Below are positions 50,903-63,177 of a DNA stretch of 64,000 nt, in pieces. Position 1 is the first letter of the stretch. Each line of letters opens with the position of its first letter. The DNA lies in the NCBI GenBank assembly GCA_013239625.1, contig MU054187.1, positions 2,303,757-2,367,756 of the forward strand, read 5' to 3'. The notes beneath the pieces were generated by a model. The model saw only the letters and a program-made list of their open reading frames with translations, was not told where the DNA came from and made no database searches. A program made the translations under genes and the position numbers. Origin of the DNA: Lama guanicoe. Taxonomy: Eukaryota.

Positions 50903-51076
50903 AGCTGTGCTATCCAATACGACATCTACGAGCCACACTGTTAAAGTTAAATTGACAGAAATTAAATTAAATTAAAATTCAGTTTCTCGGTCACATCAGC
51001 AATATTTCAGTCACTGACAACTACACTGAACGGCACAAACATAAACTAGTTTTACCATCACAAAATATTCTATTGA
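50903..51076. mobile_element. MER3/MER33-like hAT MITE
   Basis: GCTGTGCTATCCAATACG...AAATTAAATTAAATTAAAATTCAGTTTCTCGGTCACA...TTCTATTG. Confidence 0.6.
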
Positions 51077-51084
51077 AGCTGAAG

Positions 51085-52110
51085 GAGAAAACAAAAAAAT
51101 TTAAATGGTACAATATACAGGAATGCCAAGAAATCAAATACATAGGAATAAATCTAATGAAAGAAGGACAAGACCCTAACATTATCTGAAGGAAATCCTA
51201 TACAAACGGAAGGGTATATATACCATGTTTATGGACTGGAAACAACTACATTTTTAAAGTATCAATTCCCCCTAGACTGAACTATGGATTCAAACTCAAC
51301 CAAAATTCTACTAGAACTGTTTAGTTGACAAGTTTATTCTAAAATGCATAAAGAAAAAATAATAATAAAATAAAATAAGATGCATACAGAAATTCACAGA
51401 GCCAAAAGCACCAAGACACCTTGGAAGAACAACACATTAGAAGTGCTCATGCTGTCAGATACTAAGACTTACTACAAAGTACAATGAACATATGCAGTTC
51501 TGCAGCAAGAAAAGGCAAATAAATGATAGAACAAAATAAAGACTTCATTAAGGCATCTGCATAACAGAGACTCTAAACATCTGTAATTAGGGGGAAAGAA
51601 AGGCATCCAGACTGGAAAATGAGGAATAAAACTCCCTCTGTTCACAGATACCATGACCTTGTACATAGAAAATGGGAGAAAAAAAAGTCACTAAAAAAAA
51701 CTATGCAAACCAATAAAAAGAGCTCAGAAAAACTGCAGAATAAAAGAGCAATATACAAAAGTCAATTGTATTTCTATAAACTTGCAACAAAAAATTGAAA
51801 ATGAAGTTCAAAAAACAGTTCCATTCACAATAGCATGAAAAGAAAAAGAAAAAATTTATAAATAAATTTAACCAAAAAAAAAAACCCTCAAAACTTTTAC
51901 TCTGAAAACTTTAAAGCACTTTTGAAATTAAATATAATCTAAATAAATGGGAAAGCATCCCACGTTCATGAGTCTGAACACTAAATATTGTTAAGATGGC
52001 AGAACTCCGCAAATTGATTTACAGCTTCAAAAGATATCCAAGTGACTAATAAGCATATGAAAAGGTATTCAAACACATTAGTAAGCAAGAAAATAGAAAC
52101 TGAAATCATG
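51085..52110 (+). mobile_element. Nested or rearranged L1 ORF2 fragments
   Basis: TAGGAATAAATCTAA...CCATGTTTATGGACTGGAA; CTCTGTTCACAGATACCATGACCTTGTACATAGAAAA; ATTGTTAAGATGGCAG. Confidence 0.8.
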
Positions 52111-52198
52111 GAATATCTAAAATTTCTTAAGAATGACAAAAACATGCTCATATGTGGAACAAGGGGTTTTAGAGAATAAACTGGAATTTAAAACTTAC

Positions 52199-52324
52199 TT
52201 CAAGAGCTCATAATTCTTCTCATTTAATCTCACAGCATTTTCTCTCCAAAACTTCTCAGATTTGTGCACAGGACTCCATTCCAATCTTCCAGACTTAAGT
52301 TCTGAACTATATTCATCAAATGAG
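52199..52324 (-). CDS. ATP6V1H: ATP6V1H coding exon (126 nt; exon 11 equivalent): [41 protein letters not shown](K)
   Basis: Contained in ORF 52195..52446; carries the WSPVH..FWREN motif of the subunit H C-terminal domain. Acceptor TTTTTATAG, donor GAA|GTAAGT. Confidence 0.98.
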
Positions 52325-53711
52325 CTATAAAAATTTTTGAAGAATTCAAAATTTATAAGAATCTGAGAGATATACCAAAATTTAAAAATGTAAAATGTCT
52401 TCACTGATGATTTAACAACAAAGACTGACATCCTTTGCACATTCACAAACTCCCACTAAACAAAATTTAGACAGCTTAAATAATCCTCTATAAATCATGT
52501 GAAATGTATTCAGGGTACTAAGGGGCAATACTCCTGTCGAATTTGAAAGCTCATCATCAGATAATAGCAAGAGCACTTGCTTTCAGAATCCTTGCCCTAA
52601 TATTCACATAAATGTGTATCACTAAAATATCTAGTAATCTAGCATGACTTCCACCACGCCACCTAAAATACTATTTGCCAGACCACTAGATACATTAATG
52701 GGAACTGATGTAAAACTATATTACTTTAACACAAAATATAATAGTACGTTCTAATTCTATTATACCATAAATGTTGTGAACTACGATACTGCACTAGAAA
52801 AATAAAAACACGTATCAGTAAAATATTTTCGAATGTGACTACCAACAATGTAGCGGGAATTCATTCACTGAATTAGCCCATTAAAGATTATTAAAAACAA
52901 AAACCTCCATGCACATTACAAACTGCAGTGCAGTTTGATTCAAAAATTATTCACCTGTATTGAGTAACAATCATTCAAAGCTTCATAACATGAAAATGTT
53001 TTAACGTGGTTAGCCAGTGAACAAACGTAATGACAGGACATGCTAGTACTTTTTTTCAAGGAAAAATTTCAAAAAGAAGTAGCCATTTAATGCTGATTGG
53101 TAATTCAATGTAGAGGATTCACTGGTTAAGCTGGCCAGAGCACTCTGTCAAGTAGTAATTTAATGTAAGGCTAGTTAGTGTAAGAAGTAACCTTATTCAT
53201 TTTTTTAAAAGGGCTCAAATCATTATTACAAAAGAATAATAAATCTTTTAAATAAATATAACAGAACAGAATCTGTGTAAACTGCAAGCTTATTGGTGGC
53301 CTATAATATTACAATCAACTTATTCATATCTGAAATTATAGGATGACAAAAATCATTTGCTTTCCTCCACAAAACTCATCCAAACCACTGACATGGGTGA
53401 TAACTCCCATCTCTACAAAAGCTCTCGAACCTTGGGATCATGGGCTGCACTGAACTGCCCGGTAAATACACTTCTGGAATACACACTATACTGAAGGCAT
53501 TTGCTGGACAACTCACGGCAAATACTACATGGTTGGAATTTTATCACTATTTTACCAAAAGGAAAACTGAAACTAAAATGGCAAGAAGCTTGTTCAAGGC
53601 CACATATGGAGAAAGTAGCCAAACAATTCAAACAAGAGTCAGCCTGGCTCCCAAACCCAATCCACTCGTGAGAAAGATCTATTTCTAGCAAGTAACTCTC
53701 TTGTGAAAGAG

Positions 53712-53832
53712 GATGTGACAATGAATGTATGTATGATCATGTATAACTGAAAAACTGTGCTCTACACTGGAATTTGACACAACATTGTAAAATGACTATA
53801 ACTCAATTAAAAACTTGTTTAAAACAAATAAA
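53712..53832 (+). mobile_element. Short, low-divergence L1 3'-terminal fragment
   Basis: GACAATGAATGTATGTATGATCATGTATAACTGAAAAACTGTGCTCTACACTGGAATTTGACACAACATTGTAAAATGACTATAACTCAAT. Confidence 0.8.
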
Positions 53833-54623
53833 CTTCTTAAAATGGTTAAAAAAAGAATATTCAACTTCTCTTTTTCTTTGATTAATGTTTGATTAACTCA
53901 GATTGAACAGATTAAATGCCATTAAACAACAACAACAACAAATGTATCAATAGTTTAAAAACACAGAATACATGGGTTAATGGGAAAAATCATCAAGATA
54001 CCACTGAACAAAAAAGAACAAGGTCAAGAAGAGTATGCAGAACCCCATTTGTGCGTGTGTGCACGTGTGGGCACCGGGGTGGGGGCTAGAAGGATTTTTG
54101 GGAAGTAAACACCAGAAGCCAGAGGGGCGGGGGGAACGAGGTAGAGAAGGTGGGGGGCAAGGCTGGTGTCTCTTCTGTTAGTGTAGAAGGGATTTTTTTT
54201 TCTTTACTGCATATACATTATTTGCATAATTTTTAATATAAAAAATAAATAAAACCAACAGGAACTTCAAAAAAGCCGGGGGAAACAAAACTCTTCCCAT
54301 ATATGAGCAAACCTCCTCCATGAATTAACAATGCCTGCTGCCCAGAAAGGTTCCCAGAGGGCAGCACCAACAACCTGCGGATTCCAGACACACAGAACCG
54401 CGCGACCTCCCCGACAGGGAGGAGGCGACACTGGCCAGGACCAGTTGTTGCCACGCTGCTGAGCCGGTTTTTCCGTTAAAACTTTTTCCAAGTTTTAACA
54501 GGAGACATGTTTTAGTGCAGTCTTTTGAGTTGATAGTAGCAAATTGAGATTCCCTTAAAATACGAGGCAAGTTTAACAAGGCCCGAGGTATCCAGCCTGC
54601 GAGCATTAAGAAGAATGACATAC

Positions 54624-54802
54624 CTAAGGTCTTGGACACTCTCACCAAGTTTCTCCAAAAGGAATTTTATATCCTCACTGATGTCCTCATCATCGTACTT
54701 CTGCTGTTCCAAGTTCTCCAACTGCTTCAGAACTTTGCACTGAATCATAGCCAGAGCGTACTCTTGGCGAGTTTCTCTTTCAGTTGACTTTTCTAAGAAG
54801 TT
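54624..54802 (-). CDS. ATP6V1H: ATP6V1H coding exon (179 nt; exon 10 equivalent): NFLEKSTERETRQEYALAMIQCKVLKQLENLEQQKYDDEDISEDIKFLLEKLGESVQDL(S)
   Basis: Overlaps ORF 54512..54748. Acceptor TTTTTGTCTAACCCAG, donor TAG|GTATGT. Confidence 0.98.
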
Positions 54803-55812
54803 CTGGGTTAGACAAAAACATGATGAAAAGTGATTATAATCTGTTATGTTCTCAGTCCACCGCTGTTCTCAGACCACTGCTCTTGCAGACCACTGCTCGC
54901 TCCTCCTCCTGTTCGTACGTGAACCATCACTCTTAAGTGGATGCCTGTATTGTAAATCTGCACTGCTTTCCCCGGCACCAGAACCATATCAGAAGCGTAC
55001 CTCTGATTTTTTTCCTTCCTTATTGGCTTACGAACATTTTATATGACTGACCCGGGCAAGCCTCAAAACACTGGACACATTCACAATTAAGTCCATCACG
55101 ATGCTTCCTCACAGCCCTGCTCCTGAGCACACCACCACGAACGCTCCATTCACCGGCCGCGTGGAGCACTTCGGATCCCGAGGAAGACTGGAGAGCTACA
55201 CTCCATATTTGAGATGTATCATAACTCATGGTTTCAACTGTGAACTCAATACAGTCAAGAGAACTAGTACCGAGCAGCCTGGAGGCGGGCGCTCTCCTGA
55301 AACCAGCTCTCCCCTCCACTCCCTAAGACAATGCACTTCAACTTCTGCCCTTTCCTTCAACCCTAGGTCAAATCAGTCAGTAAGTCTCATCTGTTTTTCC
55401 GTTCAAACCTGTTTGAATTTCATCTCTCCGTCTCATTATGAAGAATAAAAAGGTTATGAAAAACACCTAAGAAAAAGAATTTGCCAAAACAAACCTAGCT
55501 TTTCCAGCAGCGGTGCTCTATTTAAAGACAATAAGTCAGTGCATCTTCACCACAACAAAATCATAAGCGTAAATACCATCTTGGCCTTTGTCCAGGCAAT
55601 GGTGCCAAGCGGTCTGGACTTCACTGAGGACAAGGGGGAACCAAGTGACAATTCAGATCCTTCCTCCAGCACAGCTGCTAACCTTGTAAAACACGTGGCA
55701 AGCAGCGCTTCTCAAACCAGCTGCAGAGGAGACCAGTGTTGTTTGTTTTTTGATTTCCAATCAGTCACGAACAAAATGCTTTTAAGAAATTCCAATAAAA
55801 AAAGAACTTTTA

Positions 55813-55940
55813 GGGGGCAGGGTATAGCTCAGTGGTGGAGCATGTGCTGAGCATGCACGAGGTCCTGGGTTCGATCCCCAGTACCTCCACTTAAAAAATA
55901 AAGAAACCTAATTGCCCCCCCAAATTTTCTTAATAAAAAA
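55813..55940 (+). mobile_element. Vic-1-type tRNA-Ala-derived SINE
   Basis: GGGGGCAGGGTATAGCTCAGTGG...GGTCCTGGGTTCGATCCCCAGTACCTCCA, then AAACCTAATTGCCCCCC and A-tail. Partial TSD AAAGAA(C/T)T(T/C)(T/C)TAG. Confidence 0.9.
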
Positions 55941-57544
55941 AAAAGAATTCCTAGAGAAATGAATTCAAAAAGACATGCAAAATATGAACTCAAATTTTGT
56001 ATCATTAAACTTGACAGGCACGTCAACTTACTGTAAGTTTCTCCACGTGCACGCTCACCTCCCGTATCTGCCTCCTGCAGGCTGTGACCAACAGCTCACA
56101 GCACTGCACAGACACACAGACCATACCTGAAGCAGTGCTGTGTTAAAGCTCTCCCCCCAAGATTTAAAACGTCTCATTCTTTCCAGACCTCATCCAAACC
56201 TGGCATCTAATGAGCAAGACAGATGAATTCCTAAAACAGGGAACGAGGGACAGCCTTAGGAATAAAACTCGTTGACAGCAATACTTCCATGTCAAAGCAG
56301 TGGGCAGAACGGTCCCACGTGCCCAGACTAGAGGCAGCCTCGTGAAAGGCTATGACCATGAACTGCCTGCACAGGGAGACGGGAGCACGTGCTCGTCTGT
56401 GTCTGTGTGCGCATGGGGGGGGGTGAATTAAACATCATGGCTAATACAGCGAATGTAAAATCCACATTTGATCTGGTGGTATTTCTTTCCAAGCCTCTCT
56501 GCTGAAAACCATGCAGTTGTAAAATATAATTTTATCACCTGACCTATTACAGAGGCTCTTGACTATAAGCAGAGTTAAAAGAGAAGTGAAGCCCACAACA
56601 GATGTAAACCTGCAGACAACGAGCACGGTCTTCAGAGTCTCTCCCAGTCACAGCCTCAGAACACTTCACATTATTTTTGAAACTGCAACTGACACATCAG
56701 TGTCACCGATGGAATAACATTTATGGGGACCTGGAGTGTCAGCCCCGGCTATGAGTAAGTGAGACTGACATTTTCAAAAACAAAACTCACCCAGCCAAAT
56801 GGGAAAAAAAAACAAAAAACAGCTGCTGGGTTTCCTCAGCTCACAGCAGCTCAGCAAGCTTCCGGCAGTCTCCAGCACAGAACTTCCTTCCTGAGCTTCA
56901 GGACGGGGGGAAGTCCCAACAGACAATCCTCAAAAACCTCAGCAGGGAAATCTTTATTAAAGGTTACAGGGCTTTGAGAATGATTAAAAAAAAAGACCTA
57001 GCTAGGTCTGACAGTCTTACTCAAAGGCACCAGGCCTTGGTGGGTGATGGCCCACGAGAGGGGCGGTCAGTAATGGATCCCGACCGGCCCCACCAGTTCA
57101 ACGCCCAAACGGCAGCACAGGTCAGCAGAGCCAAAGTCTACTCCTTCAGAAAGCAAACGGCCACAAACACCAGGACTGCATCTTCACCAGCCACGTGCCC
57201 CCTCTACTCCCCTAAGGCTCCCTTCAGGGGCGGGGGCGGGGGGAGTGTGGACGGAGGGGCAGGGATGGGTCCCTCCTCAGGAACAAACCCCTGACAACCC
57301 CAGAAGGTCCTCTCTCTTCACTGGGTAACGTTTATCAAGCTCCCTCCACCTCTGCAGATCTGAGACTCCGATGCAACCTTCACAAGCCTCTTCCAGCCCT
57401 CTCCTCCCTGAAGCTTTTCCTAAACCCAATTAAAAGATAACATTGATGCAAAAGAATGGAAAGATATGCACTCTCGATATATAGTGGATAGAGACGTAAA
57501 TTTGCAGTTTTGAAAGGTGATGTGATTTTAATTGTCAAAACTAT

Positions 57545-57990
57545 AAAAAAAACTATATTCCTCAACTTAGCAATTCCACCTTTGGAACTTACCCAACAGA
57601 AATACTCACTCAAGTGGGCAAACGTGTAAGAGAAACTGGAAACACCTCGCATTTTCATCAACAAGATACTGGTTAAATAAACCACTTTACATGAACACAG
57701 CAGAATGCAGCCATTAAAAAGAGCACTGAAGATCTACCACAGGAAAATGAAAATAGATTCCTTACATACTTCTAAGAATAAAGCTACAGAACAGCATTTA
57801 TAATGATACCCCTTTTACTTTAAAATACAAAACAAAATGATACACCTACTTATGTATTTATCTCTGTGTGCTTAGAAAAATCCAAAAGATGTTAGTGACT
57901 CTATTTGGCAAGTGCGAAGACTGCTATTTACATTTGCAATACATCTGTACTAGTTTTTATTTTTGACTTGTCATTGTTGTTTATTTAAAG
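57545..57990 (+). mobile_element. Old L1ME-like 3' fragment
   Basis: TAGCAATTCCACCTTTGGAACTTACCC...CTGGTTAAATAAACC...GCAGCCATTAAAAAG. Confidence 0.65.
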
Positions 57991-58576
57991 AAAGCAAAGA
58001 ACAAGTAACAGTTTAAAGCACAAATTCCAAAGCCAGTAGCTTGCACCTGTATGTCCACCATCTTCCAGCCACGCGCCCCCTCTGCCCCAGTGTCCCCGTA
58101 GGTAAAAGCATCCTCCACTTTCTCGTCTGTTCAAGTGGAGACGTTGACTTAGGTCACTGCCAAAATTCTGATATCCTAACAGGATCACTTTACTGCTCAA
58201 AAAGCATCAATAGATGCTTATAGTTTCCTCAGAAACACGCTGCTGGTCAGCAGACCCAGAACCTGAACTACAACTCCACGCTAAAACAAGGGCCCACAGG
58301 AGAAAAAACTCAGTAACAGCCTCTTGGAACACAAGCAAGGAGGTAACAGTGACACTGGCACCTCCCAGGCTCCCCTCTGAGCGGCCTCCTCCGGCCCACC
58401 CTCCCCGACGCACCAGCACAGACCAGGGACACCCGACCCCACGTCCACCAGGACGCAGTTTCACCACCACACGGGGAACACGCAGCTGCGCCCCCCTGCT
58501 GAAAGCCCCCAATGCTCCACAGCAACAACGCCTCACACGCGCACACACACCGTAAGCAGCTGCACAGGACACTTAC

Positions 58577-58769
58577 GCGGAACGCGGCCAGGATGATTCT
58601 GGTCACCTTCTCTTTGACGGACTCCTGGAGGATGTCGGACAGCACAGGGATGACGTTGTAGCGCCGCAGGTGTTCGCACATCTGAGGGCTGAACGCCAGG
58701 AGCCACACTGAAAAGATCATCTGATACTGCAGCTGAAAGCCACACTTGTTGCTCAAAACTCCCATGATG
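58577..58769 (-). CDS. ATP6V1H: ATP6V1H coding exon (193 nt; exon 9 equivalent): IMGVLSNKCGFQLQYQMIFSVWLLAFSPQMCEHLRRYNVIPVLSDILQESVKEKVTRIILAAFR
   Basis: Contained in ORF 58310..58783. Acceptor CTCTTTTTCAG, donor CGC|GTAAGT; frame continuous with flanking exons. Confidence 0.98.
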
Positions 58770-59861
58770 CTGAAAAAGAGCACACACCGAGGAGACGTTT
58801 AGGGTGGCGGCGCAGCGCGGAAGACGCGTAGCGACTCTTCTTTCCACACTAAGGACACAGTCTCAATTACGTCCTTGCTCTCTTTCTTAAGACCCCGATG
58901 TCCTGGGGTCTTACACCACCAGTTCTCTCCTTTCAGTTTTTTCCCTCCTCCCGTGATCCCTGCTTTGTGATTTGAGGAGTACCAAAAAGGCAAAAAAAGA
59001 AGGAAAAAAAGGGAACTTTCAATCCTAAACAAAAGAAACAGCAAAGTATATGTTTGATTTCTTTAAAAATGAAAAAATTAAATGACTTTCCTAAACTGCT
59101 CAGCTACCGGCAAGTTAGCATATTACATCTTTCTTAATGCCTGTTCTCAACCTACAAGCCTCTTAATTAGATCACGGCTGACCTCGGCAGTGGTTATTAG
59201 CGTATCAAGAAGTGCAGGCTGAACATGGACTACTCCAGACTGCGTTTCCGCCTGCTCTTCCGGCTGGACTGAGTGGTTAATACTGCTCGCCGGCTTCCAG
59301 GCTGCCAGTGCCAAGGATCAAAACAGCAGCATCTGGTTACCCTCAGTTTACCATCCGGGTCCACTGGGCCGAATTCTTGCATCTGAGTTTATATTTTGGG
59401 TAACTGTCACTATTTGTAGAAACTGCCATTTCATGACTTTCACGCTCTTACAGGTCTTCCAAAGAACAAAAAGAAAAGCTACTTTTTGTTAAATACAATA
59501 AAATTCAATTTATCTTCCAATTACAATACAGGTCTATTGGACCCATTTACAAACCAAGATAAATTATGAGATCTTGGTGATTCTGTTAACTATAATTTGA
59601 AGAATTACACTGTTTCATCATGCCAGATACTATTTATCATTATTCATTCTTTTTCTCAATTCTGCTAGAAAATGTTAAAGACTAAAATGATGAGGAAATT
59701 GGAGACTGCTGGACTCATCTAGGAAGATGATATAATAGTGAAGTAAGTATTATTTATTAATTAAGAATTTACAATACTTATCGCATTGCCCCAAATACTG
59801 CATCACTTTTAAGCAGGTAAAGACTGGAAACACCATCTTTGTGGTCTGCCTTCAGGTTTCC

Positions 59862-60170
59862 GTGCAGAAAAGAGTTATTAACATCATGGTCCTGAGACAG
59901 CTTTCCTTGGAGAGGCCTGCTTACAAAGCTGGTCCTTGGCTGGCTGCTGGGAACTCGACTGGTAAACAGTTCCCCACATGGAAACGAAACTTCTCCTTAA
60001 TGGCAGGGTGGCTCACTGCACCTAGACGGTCTGCACAAACAATGTGCTCGTATTTACGCTGAGCACCTGCCTTCCTCCTGGAGTCTGCAGTGCTCTGCGT
60101 GCGAGGCGGGGGCCGACCTGACACATTCCCAGTGAAAACTGTGGGTCCTAAGTCTCTGGGCAGAAACCTC
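59862..60170 (+). mobile_element. MER21-like ERV LTR 5' fragment, about 130 bp from an ATP6V1H splice donor
   Basis: GCAGAAAAGAGTTATTAACATCATGGTCCTGAGACAGC...GGCCTGCTTACAAAGCTGGTCCTTGGCTGGC...GGCTCACTGCACCTAGAC. Confidence 0.8.
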
Positions 60171-60301
60171 GGAAGATAGTTTAAAAAAACAAAAAGAAGA
60201 AAACCCTTCTTTTTAATAATTAAATGTATTAGTTTCTTTGAAAACGTCAAGGAGAGACACTTTTAAACGTTCTTCCACATGAAAAGTCAAAAGGCGCTCA
60301 C

Positions 60302-60399
60302 CAGTTTACCCCGTCTGCTTCCACCCAGGCAAAGCGGTACTCGTTGACCCGAAGCATCAGCTGCAGACAGCCGGCCACGCACTGCACGTGCTGGGAGCT
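60302..60399 (-). CDS. ATP6V1H: V-ATPase subunit H, internal coding exon (98 nt; human exon 8 equivalent): SSQHVQCVAGCLQLMLRVNEYRFAWVEADGVN(C)
   Basis: Manual minus-strand translation matches ATP6V1H. Acceptor CTTCTCCCGCGCAG, donor CTG|GTGAGC; ends in phase 2 (TG|C = Cys). Not in the ORF track. Confidence 0.97.
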
Positions 60400-62469
60400 C
60401 TGCGCGGGAGAAGCACGGGGCTTAACACCAGGCGTACCGAGAGGCACGCGGCATGCGGATGCCAAACTCTGGAATTTCCCACCGAGAGTTTCTTACCATC
60501 AGAACCCAAACGTCTCTCATACTTTTTTCAAAAGTCAATCCTCCTTTTTGCTCTTCCCGCCACCACTTAGAAATGAAGCTTTTTCTGCCAAATCAAGCCT
60601 ACAAGGTTCAAGCCCATTGGACACTTGGTGTTAGGGAAATCAAGGATCAAACTCATTAGGTCTTTGATGCGGTTTGATGAGCAGCTTATCTGGCAAGGTG
60701 TCACTTACCCCTGGAAGGGGGCGCTCTACAGAGATACGGCTCTTCAACATTATACAAGTATCAAAGAGTAACAACAAAAAGAGTAAGATAGAAGCGTATG
60801 CTTTGAGACAGGCCCTTATTTGAACCATCTTGAGCATGTTTCTGAACCTTTTCAATACTCCGTTTCTCCATCCTTAAGCAGGATGACACTGCAAGCACCA
60901 GGAAAGGGTGGCTTAGGGTTAAGTCAAGTAATTCATTCAGCTTAGAGCCGAGACATTCCATAGAAACTGAATCAGTAAGAACTTAAAAAAGAACATACAG
61001 CATATAAAAAGTCTAACTAAACACTTGATAAAGACTGTGAATTTTTTAAACTATCAGTTCGACAGCACCGTCTTAGAGAAACTGAGGTTACATCTGAAGC
61101 TCACAATAAACACGAATAAACATCCCCAGGAAGTTTCAGGCTCCTCAGTGTCAGCCAAGCTGGGAGAGACACCTGGCCCGGGCTGGTCACTAAGTACTTG
61201 CATCTACAAGAAATGGGGGGACAAGAGGACGCTAGCCTTAAAGAACATGCTAACAAAAAGAAAAAAGAAAGGAGAGGATGGTGGATGTTAGATAAATTCA
61301 CAAAACCTCACACACCTGATGCTCCTTAAGTCTCATGTTTTAATTTAAACTAAGTTTGTTGAAACTTAACACTTCAGAGAAATTCCAGGCACGCAAACAC
61401 AAAAACACAATGATATAAGTATATTTGGTGGAAAAAAATCAAAAGTTCTCATAAACAGGCTGTCTAAGGTTTTACCTACAAAGTAGTGAACACAGTTGCC
61501 CAAAATACCACATAGCCAGTAATATAATTTGCCTGAAAACTCAAAACATTAGCAGAAATTAATGACCACAAAAGGTGAAATTTCAGCTCTAAAACAATCC
61601 TCCATAATGGGTAAAAATACACAGGTATTTTTCCAATTAAGTCATCAGGTAAGGAGTCCTTTGTGAAAGGATTCCATCTATCTGTCTGGAGAGAGAGCCT
61701 TAGCTCGGTTTCCACACGAAATGAGTAAAAAGGCCACCTAGGGCACCCTTTCCTCTCCCATTTATTATCGACCTCCTCTCACACAGAAACCCCCTGGTTC
61801 ACTGTAGGTCCTCTTCTCTGTATCCATTCACCATACTATGTTGAAACACACGACGCATTCTAAAAATGAATTCTTCGTTGTTAGTTATGGCTTCGGGATT
61901 CACATTACAGACGAGCACATACAAGACGCTGGTGCTGAAACTGCTCTCTCCTCCTACACTGTAGGGGGCAGTCCATACACCATTCCAGAAATTATTTTCA
62001 AAATATACAGTGAAGGCAATACTGGGGAACGACTGTATCAGTCCCTTGGCTTTCGCTCACACTGTCCTATTGGTCTCACACATAAAATTATTCAATTATT
62101 TTTTTCAAAAGAAAATAATCAGCCTTTGATCAATCCAACCAGTCACCAAATCTAATTCCGCACAGAGACAGCTCACACGCTGCTGGGGAACGCTGCGCAG
62201 TCGTGCAAGGCTGTGTGACCACTCCTCTCGGCCCCCCCGGAGCCCTCACACCCTCCCCTCTGTCCTCCTGTCCTACCCCCTTACTCGCAGCAGCAGGAGG
62301 AAAATCCTGAGACTGGCTCCGCCACCAACATCTCACCCCTCAAACAGAGCTACGCTGGCAGCCACTCACCCCTCCCTCACCGCAGGCAGGCTGCTTCCTG
62401 CCAGGACCCGCAGCCCTAGCAAGGTCTGCACCCCCCCCCGACACGCCGCTCCACCACTCAGACCCCTCT

Positions 62470-62785
62470 CCTGCATCTTCAGTCCCTGCTCATCAGTGTC
62501 CTCTCCTCAGCACCTTAACGTACTCAGTCCTTCCCGTCTGAACGTTATCCCTAAACCTTGTGCCAATCTCTGCATCTTTCTTCCTCCCAATATATGAAGG
62601 TTTCTTGAAAGAACTATCACCAAATTCTTACCTCTCTAATTTCTTATCGCCCACTAACATGGCAAATGCTGAGGTCACCCGTGACCTTCAATTGCCAGTT
62701 CCAACAGCTCCTCTCTCACCTGAGAACCAGACCCCTCTCTCCAGCTGCTTCCTGGAAGCCCTTCCCCCTGCTCTCTCCAGCTGAA
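62470..62785. mobile_element. L2 LINE fragment
   Basis: TGCTGAGGTCACCCGTGACCTTCAATTGCCAGTTCCAA...TTCCTGGAAGCCCTTC. Confidence 0.55.
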
Positions 62786-63136
62786 CTGACGCTCCAGCTG
62801 CAAGTCTCAGACCGAATGTCACCTCCTCCACCACACGCGAAAGGCAGTAACGCAGCGTAATGGCTACGAACAAAGGCTCTGGAAGCAGCCTGCCACACTC
62901 GGCCACTTACAAGCTAGGTGACCCTGAATGAGCTTCCTGCCTATAGAACAGGGAAAACAGGGGCAGGTCCCACACTGTGGGGCTAATCTCACCGCTAGCA
63001 CAGGGAAGGGCTCTCAGCGGGACCTGGCACAGCACACCCGACAACGTCCGCGGCTGCGCCTGCCTCTGTGGTCCGGCTTCTCAGACGGGACTCCCAGCCC
63101 TGTGGCGCCGCCCGGCAGTCTCCAGTCCCGCCCTGA

Positions 63137-63177
63137 GTGTGTGTGCGCGTGTGTGTGTGCGTGTGTGTGTGCGTGTG
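63137..63177 (+). repeat. Interrupted (GT)n microsatellite
   Basis: gtgtgtgtgcgcgtgtgtgtgtgcgtgtgtgtgtgcgtgtg. Confidence 0.9.

Noticed and set aside
61958..61971. CTCF-like motif ACTGTAGGGGGCAG (also CTGGAAGGGGGCGC near 60711)
   Set aside because: Mismatches in the 5' core; matches of this quality arise by chance and cannot be supported without ChIP data.
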